From: a virus
Taxonomy: Duplodnaviria > Heunggongvirae > Uroviricota > Caudoviricetes
DNA: 64,000 bases
Virus record (IMG/VR): IMGVR_UViG_3300013105_000002
Span: 64,001 to 128,000 of that record
Reading direction: 5' to 3' (one strand)
The notes below the pieces were generated by a model, which had not been told where the DNA came from, ran no database searches, and worked only from the letters and a program-made list of their open reading frames with translations. The translations under genes were made by a program, and so were the position numbers. Position 1 is the first letter of the stretch. Each line of letters starts with the position of its first letter. Shown in pieces: positions 54,265 through 61,207 of this stretch.

Positions 54265-55308
54265 ATGACGGTCTGGGTACTTTTGACAGCAATGCCAGTC
54301 ACCAAGGGTCACAAGGCACTGATTCAGTTCGCTGATCAGTACGCCGGGACAATTGGGACAAAGAGCACGGTGGTCGTTTGTACCCAGCCGTCTGAGCCAT
54401 TTCCACTTCATCGTATTCAGGCAGTTGTGGAAATTGCTGACGCACTTCCCAACACCCGCGTCAACAGCGTCTACCATGAAATGGAGCAGAACGCTGACGC
54501 TCCCGGCTTTTGGGACATGTGGCGAGGCATTCTGAACGGCAAGGGTGCAAAGCCCGGAGACACCTACATTGCCTCTGAGGTCTATGGCAAGCGTCTGGCC
54601 GATGAAATGAATGGCAAGTTCATGCCGTACGATCCTGAGCGTTCCATTATGCCAATCAAGGCCACCAAGGTGCGCGAGGATGTTTACGACATGTGGTCGG
54701 CAATTGCTCCTGAGTTTGCCAAGCACCTCACCCGACGCATTACAATCTTCGGCGCGGAGAGCACCGGAAAGACAACGCTGGCCAAGCGTCTCTCGGCAGT
54801 TACAGACTCATACTTTGTTCCAGAGTATGCCCGTCCGTACCTAGAGAACACTGTCAATGAGATTACGGTCTCTTCGATGACAGATATCTGGAAGGGTCAG
54901 TCGGCGTTGCAGCAGTCGGCACAAATGTGGGAGCCGCATCAGTTCATCATTCAAGACACTGACCTGTTCTCCACGGTAGGCTACTGGGAATTCCCGCACT
55001 GGCAGGACACCATCGGAGCACCGCCCAAGGGTCTTGTCGCTGATGCTATTCGCCAGAAGTCAGACCTTTACCTGATCACCAAGAGCAATATCCCATTTGA
55101 GGCAGACCCGCTCCGGTATGGTGGCGATGTGCGCGAGGGTAGCGATGAATACTGGGTCAACGTGTGTGAGAAGTACAGTCTAAACTACATTGTTCTCGAC
55201 GCGGAGGGCTTGAACAGGAGGGCATCTGAGGCACTTCCTCTGATCTTTAATAACTTCGAAGCGTATTCCGAGCCTCTGAGGGCATACGAGAGGAAGCACA
55301 ATGGCTGA
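54265..55308 (+). CDS. nadR: NadR-type NMN adenylyltransferase / ribosylnicotinamide kinase
   Basis: N-terminal P.TKGH (HxGH-like), ASEVYG, I.ATKVR; C-terminal GAESTGKTT, PEYAR, DTD and D.LRYG motifs. Confidence 0.9.
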   Translation: MTVWVLLTAMPVTKGHKALIQFADQYAGTIGTKSTVVVCTQPSEPFPLHRIQAVVEIADALPNTRVNSVYHEMEQNADAPGFWDMWRGILNGKGAKPGDTYIASEVYGKRLADEMNGKFMPYDPERSIMPIKATKVREDVYDMWSAIAPEFAKHLTRRITIFGAESTGKTTLAKRLSAVTDSYFVPEYARPYLENTVNEITVSSMTDIWKGQSALQQSAQMWEPHQFIIQDTDLFSTVGYWEFPHWQDTIGAPPKGLVADAIRQKSDLYLITKSNIPFEADPLRYGGDVREGSDEYWVNVCEKYSLNYIVLDAEGLNRRASEALPLIFNNFEAYSEPLRAYERKHNG

Positions 55309-55489
55309 CCATAAAGGATTTATCAGCGGCTTCTCTACCTATCATGTTGACATGACTCAGGAGGACTATGATACAGTGCAGTCAATCATGCGCAAGTACG
55401 TACCGGCTGAGGAAGACATGGCATATCTAGACCTGAGGTTGGACGGCTGGTGGACACGATTCCAGATTGCCAACGTTAAGGAGATTTGA
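55301..55489 (+). CDS. Hypothetical protein
   Basis: 62 aa. Confidence 0.55.
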   Translation: MADHKGFISGFSTYHVDMTQEDYDTVQSIMRKYVPAEEDMAYLDLRLDGWWTRFQIANVKEI

Positions 55490-55740
55490 TGGAGGTAGGG
55501 TTCAAAGTAGGTGACAGGGTTAAGGTGGTTCGAAACTGCAACCGCTATATGCCTCTACCGCCCGGTACTTTGGGTAAAGAAGGCAGGATCGTAGGCTCCT
55601 TGACACCCATGTCATGCCGTGTTAAGATCGCCTATGGTGAGGAAGTCTGGGTCGAGTTCAGAGAGATTGAACTTGTAAAGGCTTCTACAGAAAAGCCGGT
55701 AGCGAAAAGCGCACCGACTAAGAGGAAGAGGAAATCATGA
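55486..55740 (+). CDS. KOW/SH3-like small protein
   Basis: FKVGDRVKV...G.EG.IV motif. Confidence 0.55.
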   Translation: MMEVGFKVGDRVKVVRNCNRYMPLPPGTLGKEGRIVGSLTPMSCRVKIAYGEEVWVEFREIELVKASTEKPVAKSAPTKRKRKS

Positions 55741-56891
55741 CAAGCCTAGACGAGATTCTAGACACAGAACTGCTTGCAAGGCATATCGAAGACGGAAACG
55801 TCTCTGCCCGCACACATGAGAAGTTTCCTTGGGAAATCTTCAACTACACGCCAAAGGCTCAGTTCGCTCGTGCATGGGACGACGTAACCCTCGCATGTCG
55901 TGGACTTGTCTGGAACTACGAGACAAACACCGTTCTGGCTCGCCCCTTCCCCAAGTTCTTCAATTGGGACGAGGGTGTGATTCAGTACCCTCCCATCGGT
56001 CATACCCTGCGCATGGAGAAGATGGACGGATCGCTGGGTATTCTCGTAACCGATGACTACTGCAACGGCACTCCAACTAAGGAATGGATTTCCACTCGTG
56101 GGTCATTCCATTCAGAGCAGGCCGAGTGGGCAACCAAGTTCTACCTAGAGACAGTGGCAGAGTCTGCAAACAACCTGCCTCCCGAAATGGTGTTTTCGCC
56201 ACTACAGGGTAAGACCTACCTGTTCGAAATCATCTACCCGGAGAACAGAATTGTCGTTGACTACGGTGACTACAAGGGCCTAGTGCTGCTTGACGTTATC
56301 GACAACGAGACCGGCAATTCTGATGTTCAGGAGTTCGACAAGGCTGAGTGGCCTGACAAGGTTAAGCGAATCCTCGCCAACTTTGACTCAGGTGACACCG
56401 CTGCAATTCCCGATGGTGACGAGGGATTCGTGTACCTTTGGACGAGTCGTAAGGATAGGGACGGAAACGACCTTCCTGACTTCCGTACGAAGATGAAGTC
56501 TCCGGACTACATCGCGTTGCACCGATTGGTGACTGGACTTTCTGAAAAGACTGTCTGGGAGCACATGGTGAAGGGCGGTGCGCTTCAAGACCTGAAGCGT
56601 GAATTGCCTGAAGAGTTCCACGAGTTCATCGACAATGCTGGAAAGAAGTTCTTGAAGGAGGCTTCTCAGATTGTTTCGACGGTGTACTCTGCCATCGACA
56701 CTCTGGAAAGCACAGTTCTTCACGAGCGTCTGGACATGGTTGACAGAAAGACCGCAGCCGTGGCCATACAAAAGCATTTCCCTGCTCTGGCAAAGTACAT
56801 GTTCCTCGTACTTGACGGCAGGCCGATCCATCCTGTAGCGTTGCTCTCAGTCAAGCCTCGTAAGGAGGCACCGCTAGTAACGGAGGTGTAA
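55737..56891 (+). CDS. T4 Rnl1-like RNA ligase
   Basis: CRGL, RPFPKFFN, EKMDGSLG, STRGSF, FEII.PENRIVV, EGFV and KMKSPDY..LH motifs. Confidence 0.92.
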   Translation: MTSLDEILDTELLARHIEDGNVSARTHEKFPWEIFNYTPKAQFARAWDDVTLACRGLVWNYETNTVLARPFPKFFNWDEGVIQYPPIGHTLRMEKMDGSLGILVTDDYCNGTPTKEWISTRGSFHSEQAEWATKFYLETVAESANNLPPEMVFSPLQGKTYLFEIIYPENRIVVDYGDYKGLVLLDVIDNETGNSDVQEFDKAEWPDKVKRILANFDSGDTAAIPDGDEGFVYLWTSRKDRDGNDLPDFRTKMKSPDYIALHRLVTGLSEKTVWEHMVKGGALQDLKRELPEEFHEFIDNAGKKFLKEASQIVSTVYSAIDTLESTVLHERLDMVDRKTAAVAIQKHFPALAKYMFLVLDGRPIHPVALLSVKPRKEAPLVTEV

Positions 56892-56893
56892 CC

Positions 56894-57112
56894 ATGAGCC
56901 GACCTCAGCGCTCTCGCACACGTGTTCGACCCCTTCGGCTGTCACCAGCCGAAGCAAATCGTGGGCTCTGCCCATCCAACAAGCGTGCGTACCAGTCGTT
57001 GGAGTCGGCTCTTGGTGCACTTCAGAACATGAAGGGGGCAGGCAGGGATATTTCTGCCTCACGCGCATATCCCTGCCCGCTCTGCAACCACTACCACACG
57101 TCGAGCAAGTGA
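56894..57112 (+). CDS. Small zinc-binding hypothetical protein
   Basis: K.AY...A...RAYPCPLCNHYHT. Confidence 0.65.
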   Translation: MSRPQRSRTRVRPLRLSPAEANRGLCPSNKRAYQSLESALGALQNMKGAGRDISASRAYPCPLCNHYHTSSK

Positions 57113-57606
57113 TGGAGACCGCCATCATCGTGGAGCCTGCGGTTCCCTCAGAATTCGTTGTCCGCAACAATGCGTCCTCGCGTCAGAAGATGCTCCGTCT
57201 GCTTTTTGAGCGAGACGGCAGGAACTGTCGCTACTGCGATTGTGTTCTCACCCTGAAGAATGGTACCATCGAGCACCTTACCCCGCAGAGCCGAGGCGGT
57301 AGCAACAGGATCACCAACCTTGCAGTCTCGTGTGAGCGCTGCAACAGCGACAAGAGCAGCATGACGGACGAAGAGTACAAGGCTTACCTCCGTGGAGAAT
57401 ACGGAAAGCACTGCAAGTTTTGTGGTAAGGGCCTACGTACTCTGGACTATGACTTCTGCTCTGGTCACGAGAAGAGGGCGCGGTGGATCGCTAGACGAGA
57501 GCCCATGTTCTATGCTATGCTCATGTCCATCGAAGACCCGAGCATGCGCCGCATGATCCTCAATGATATGCCGCGTGGCCGAGTCCCAATCACAGACTAC
57601 ATTTAG
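57109..57606 (+). CDS. HNH endonuclease
   Basis: RDGRNCRYC...TIEHL.P.SRGG.N...NL..SC..CN..K motif. Confidence 0.9.
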   Translation: MMETAIIVEPAVPSEFVVRNNASSRQKMLRLLFERDGRNCRYCDCVLTLKNGTIEHLTPQSRGGSNRITNLAVSCERCNSDKSSMTDEEYKAYLRGEYGKHCKFCGKGLRTLDYDFCSGHEKRARWIARREPMFYAMLMSIEDPSMRRMILNDMPRGRVPITDYI

Positions 57607-57614
57607 GAGTAAAC

Positions 57615-58502
57615 ATGACCGTTTTCATCACCGTTGGTGCGCCTGCCAGTGGCAAGTCCACGTGGGCTATCGAGTACGCCAATGAGTTCGGAAACACGAT
57701 GATCACGTGCCGTGACGACATTCGCGCTACCTATGGCATCACCAAGTTCGGTGACAAGGAAACTGAGCAGTTCCTGACAGACGTTCAGCGTGCCCAGATG
57801 GAGGGTGCATTTGCTGCCGGAATGGACGTTATCGTTGCAGACACCAACATCAACAGGCGTTTCCGTAATCAGTTGGTCAAGTTCGCTCATGAGCACGCTC
57901 AGGACGTTGAACTGGTCACCTTCTACGAGCCTCTTGACGTTCTCATCATGAGGGATGCGGCGCGTGAGCGTACGGTCGGTGCTGATGTTATCACGAAGTT
58001 CTACAACGACCTCAACAGTCAGGAAATCATTGATATCCTGCTGCCGCACCCTCGTGCTCTGAAGTACAAGCACAACGAGGCAAGCCCCGAGGCAATTGTC
58101 GTTGACATTGACGGCACTGTTGCTGACCACAAGGGGGTTCGCTCTCCATACGACGAGTCGAAGGTCGGCCTTGACAACCCGAAGTACGATGTTATCAGCG
58201 TTGTCAAGGCTCTTGCCGAGCGTTTCGCCGTCATCTTTGTTTCGGGTCGCAAGGACTCGTGCGAGGCTGAGACGCGTGCGTGGATCGAGAAGCACTTCGA
58301 TTTCACGAATGGTGACTACTTCCTGCACATGAGGAAGCACGGTGACGATCGTCCTGATTACCGAATCAAGGCTGATCTGTATGACCAGAAGGTTATCCCC
58401 AACTGGAACATCAGAATGGTCTTTGACGACCGCGATCAGGTTGTTCGTCACGTTCGCAAGCGCGGTATCACCGTTGCTCAGGTTGCACCGGGCCACTTCT
58501 GA
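57615..58502 (+). CDS. Polynucleotide 5'-kinase / 3'-phosphatase (T4 Pnkp/PseT-like)
   Basis: GAPASGKST, RDDIR, VADTN, DIDGT, SGR and FDDRDQVV motifs. Confidence 0.93.
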   Translation: MTVFITVGAPASGKSTWAIEYANEFGNTMITCRDDIRATYGITKFGDKETEQFLTDVQRAQMEGAFAAGMDVIVADTNINRRFRNQLVKFAHEHAQDVELVTFYEPLDVLIMRDAARERTVGADVITKFYNDLNSQEIIDILLPHPRALKYKHNEASPEAIVVDIDGTVADHKGVRSPYDESKVGLDNPKYDVISVVKALAERFAVIFVSGRKDSCEAETRAWIEKHFDFTNGDYFLHMRKHGDDRPDYRIKADLYDQKVIPNWNIRMVFDDRDQVVRHVRKRGITVAQVAPGHF

Positions 58503-58669
58503 TGGAAAGTGAAAAGTATTGTTGGAGCATTGGGCCAATCCAGAGTGAATGGCGCTTTGATGATCCTGATGATGCTTACGAGGCTGCTGTCAGATGGAAA
58601 GCCAACTCATGGCCCAAGGATCGAGAAATCAAGATTTACCGGAAACTCATCGAGGAAGTGATCTTCTAA
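58502..58669 (+). CDS. Small hypothetical protein (absent from ORF track)
   Basis: 55 aa with TGATG coupling. Confidence 0.55.
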   Translation: MESEKYCWSIGPIQSEWRFDDPDDAYEAAVRWKANSWPKDREIKIYRKLIEEVIF

Positions 58670-58670
58670 G

Positions 58671-58859
58671 ATGGTTGTCAGATACAGCATTCGCAAGAAG
58701 CGCGGTAAATGGTCAATCAACATGATCGAGACCGGTCGTATGGTTCACGTGTCACACCTGAAAGACTGTGATACATGGGACGAGGCAGTCTTCGATGTGT
58801 TGTTCCTGATTAACGCCGACCGTTCTCTCAACAGACTGGTCAACAAGTCGTTCAACTAA
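58671..58859 (+). CDS. Hypothetical protein
   Basis: 62 aa. Confidence 0.55.
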   Translation: MVVRYSIRKKRGKWSINMIETGRMVHVSHLKDCDTWDEAVFDVLFLINADRSLNRLVNKSFN

Positions 58860-58865
58860 TCGTTG

Positions 58866-58893
58866 GGGCGGGTGGGCAAACGCCTGCCCGCCC
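58866..58893 (+). terminator. Terminator-like GC hairpin
   Basis: GGGCGGGTGGGC-AAAC-GCCTGCCCGCCC; no clear U tract. Confidence 0.6.
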
Positions 58894-58917
58894 TATCGGC
58901 ATTAACAAGGAGAAAAC

Positions 58918-59316
58918 ATGCCAGAATTGAAGTATTATGATCAGCCAGTAGTGGACTGCTCAGACTTCGACAGATTTGTCGAAGAGGTCTATGGGCGTAG
59001 GTATTCGACGGTCTCCGGTATGCGCGGTGACGACAGGCTCGGGCACTACACCTATCACTCTGTAGATGTAGAGCAATGGCTTATGGACAAGCAGTGGGAA
59101 GAGTCTGAAGAGGGCCAGCGTGAGTGGCAGAAAATGAAGGAGGAGTATCCTCAATACTACAGCGCTTCAGACGTTCCGGCCACCTTTGAGGAATGGTCGA
59201 AGTTGGAGGGCTATGACGCTCACAACAACTCACCCTCCATTGAAGAAATGGTCTACCACTTGCGCATGGACGGTTACGAGGTTCCTGCCGAGTTCACAGT
59301 ATTGGTGGACTGGTGA
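58918..59316 (+). CDS. Hypothetical protein
   Basis: 132 aa, AAGGAG RBS. Confidence 0.7.
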   Translation: MPELKYYDQPVVDCSDFDRFVEEVYGRRYSTVSGMRGDDRLGHYTYHSVDVEQWLMDKQWEESEEGQREWQKMKEEYPQYYSASDVPATFEEWSKLEGYDAHNNSPSIEEMVYHLRMDGYEVPAEFTVLVDW

Positions 59317-59540
59317 TGGAGTACGAATACGGTGTTCGATGGGTGCGCGACCAGTACGTGCACAGGGAGAATATGACACTGGAAGAGGCTTCTAAATTCG
59401 TCAGATGGATGACAGAGGGCGGAATCAAGGAGGGGGCCGTAGAGATTATTAGGCGACCAAGAGGGGACTGGGAGACCTATGATCCAGAGAGGCCAAAGAT
59501 GGTGGCGATCAAGAGGCCACCGGGTGTTATATGGAGTTGA
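59313..59540 (+). CDS. Hypothetical protein
   Basis: 75 aa. Confidence 0.55.
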   Translation: MMEYEYGVRWVRDQYVHRENMTLEEASKFVRWMTEGGIKEGAVEIIRRPRGDWETYDPERPKMVAIKRPPGVIWS

Positions 59541-59566
59541 CAGGCACTCAGCAGACCTGCTAGTGT
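59538..59566 (+). promoter_or_regulatory. Sigma70-type promoter
   Basis: TTGACA-N17-TAGTGT; a TATAAT also lies just downstream. Confidence 0.55.
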
Positions 59567-59603
59567 AGTTATAATGGAGTAGAGAACAAGAAAAGGTTGA
59601 AAT

Positions 59604-59936
59604 ATGTCTGTAGAAAATGAAGAACATCCTAGAGAACTTAGACTGGTAATCAAGGTTCGTAAGGATGCGAAGATGAGTCCGAAGAAGTTGGCTGCACAGG
59701 CTGTACATGCCGCTCTCCAACTGGTAGAGTCTCACCATGGCGGGCCGGTGATCGTCCTAGATGGCACCAAGCGTCAGATCGAAGAGTGTACAGTTGTGAT
59801 CATTGACGAGGGTAGAACCGAAGTCAAGCCAAATACGGTTACTGCTGGCGCTTATTGGGATGAGCGTGATGTTCCTCCTGAGAAGATCGAGCAGTGGAAG
59901 GCCGAAGAGGCACTTGACCGCAGCAAAACCTTCTGA
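59604..59936 (+). CDS. Peptidyl-tRNA hydrolase, Pth2 type
   Basis: LVI.VR.D.KMS.KKLAAQAVHAA and IIDEGRTEV.PNTVT motifs. Confidence 0.8.
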   Translation: MSVENEEHPRELRLVIKVRKDAKMSPKKLAAQAVHAALQLVESHHGGPVIVLDGTKRQIEECTVVIIDEGRTEVKPNTVTAGAYWDERDVPPEKIEQWKAEEALDRSKTF

Positions 59937-59978
59937 TAGAGTTCCACTCGTCAGCAAGAAACGAACGTCGCAGTCACC

Positions 59979-60007
59979 TTGACAGCCAGTTCCAATCTTG
60001 GTAGACT
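59979..60007 (+). promoter_or_regulatory. Sigma70-type promoter of the large ncRNA
   Basis: TTGACA-N17-TAGACT with TG extension. Confidence 0.8.
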
Positions 60008-60013
60008 AGAATA

Positions 60014-60707
60014 CAGAGGACGGAATAGCAACCGTCGCAAATAAATGCAATCGCTCAGACTTGCGGGTCTGGCCGGTGGGGTAGTGTAGGGTGTGGTCCG
60101 TGCCTTGCATTCAGGAAACTACCTCGCAATCGCAAAAGTCAACGGACACTAAAACTTCATAGATATAAGGATAGCCACATTATCTCCTTTACCAAGGTGG
60201 TCGGAAGGTCAGGTAGTAGAAAGATTGACTGACTTAACGGAGGTCCGTAAATCCTCCAACAAACTTCATAGATTTGTCTGACGTAGGAAAACACGTTGTA
60301 TGTCTACGGAGGTAGGAAGCCGAAAGAGCACTCGATAAGGTAAGTCTCGACAGTGGCAATCTCTCCTAATGATTAGGCGCGAACCGCTTGGACGGGCGTC
60401 CTGCCAGACAATAAATTTGGTGCTTGGGCTTGATGGGTGCTTGCCCAATCACCAATTAGTTTGGCTTAACCAGCCGAAGGTTGCTTCTACCTAAAGAAGC
60501 CGTGGACCACCATACGAAAATTGAGGGTGGAGGTTGTTCTCGTGAGCCAAAATCACAGAGGGAGTGATCCCGCCTGAGGGTCGTGGGTAAGCAGCAGTTG
60601 GTTACTTATGCGAAATCCCACACTTGGGTCAGTGAATAGAACTAGTTTCAGTCTAAAGCCGACAATGGACGCTGAAACCTGTGGGTGCAAGTCCCACCTG
60701 ATCCACA
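60014..60707 (+). ncRNA. Large (~690 nt) multi-stem non-coding RNA, GOLLD/ROOL-class candidate
   Basis: Own promoter, no + strand ORF, more than 12 hairpins, a pseudoknot candidate, a 13-nt direct repeat, and a 3' domain ending in GTGGG-TGCAAGT-CCCAC. Confidence 0.7.
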
Positions 60708-60828
60708 AGCAATAGAGGCTCCGAGACTCTATTCGTGAAGGCTGAGAAATGAGCGCGAACCAAAGTATCAGCAACGCATGGTGTTTTAGGGGCGTGACCA
60801 CATGCATAAAAAGGAGAATTCCCCACCA

Positions 60829-60900
60829 GTCTCTATAGTACAACGGATAGTGCATAAGATTCCTAATCTTAGAATGGGGGTTCGAATCCCTCTAGAGACA
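60829..60900 (+). tRNA. tRNA-Arg(CCT), canonical
   Basis: GTCTCTA/TAGAGAC, D loop CAACGGATA, TAAGA-TT CCT AA-TCTTA. Confidence 0.93.
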
Positions 60901-61065
60901 CGTTTGGTAAGCCGGGAACCCTGAGGCAAAGTAGTTACTAGCATGACGAAAGCCTCTTGACACCACTCATAGCCTGTTACGGCATTTATTAGAACCGAAG
61001 GGCATATGTGAGGAAACCCGCAGAGGTGTGTATATCGGAATGCTAGGGCTGCACACCTCGATCTT

Positions 61066-61140
61066 CCGCGATTAGTTTGAACTTGGATAAAACGCCGGTG
61101 GCAAAGCCGGAATTGAGTGGTTCGAATCCCTCATCGCGGG
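61066..61140 (+). pseudogene. Degenerate tRNA-like gene (Cys GCA-like loop)
   Basis: CCGCGAT/ATCGCGG, GTTT/AAAC D stem, CCGGT-GGCAAA-GCCGG (6- or 8-nt loop), bulged T stem. Confidence 0.6.
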
Positions 61141-61146
61141 CAACAC

Positions 61147-61175
61147 TTGACACCCAGAACTTGGCGTGTTATTCT
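61147..61175 (+). promoter_or_regulatory. Sigma70-type promoter
   Basis: TTGACA-N17-TATTCT, then AAGGAG RBS. Confidence 0.75.
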
Positions 61176-61207
61176 TAGTAGACCAACAACCACCAAGGAG
61201 ATTGATC

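Noticed and set aside
60014-60707. Group I or group II intron explanation for the large non-coding block
   Set aside because: There are no interrupted exons, no recognisable P7 or domain V motif, and the block has its own promoter.
60905-61025. RNase P RNA (CCCGGCTTA on the minus strand; GAGGAAAC on the plus strand)
   Set aside because: The two P4 half-motifs lie on opposite strands and neither has its partner.
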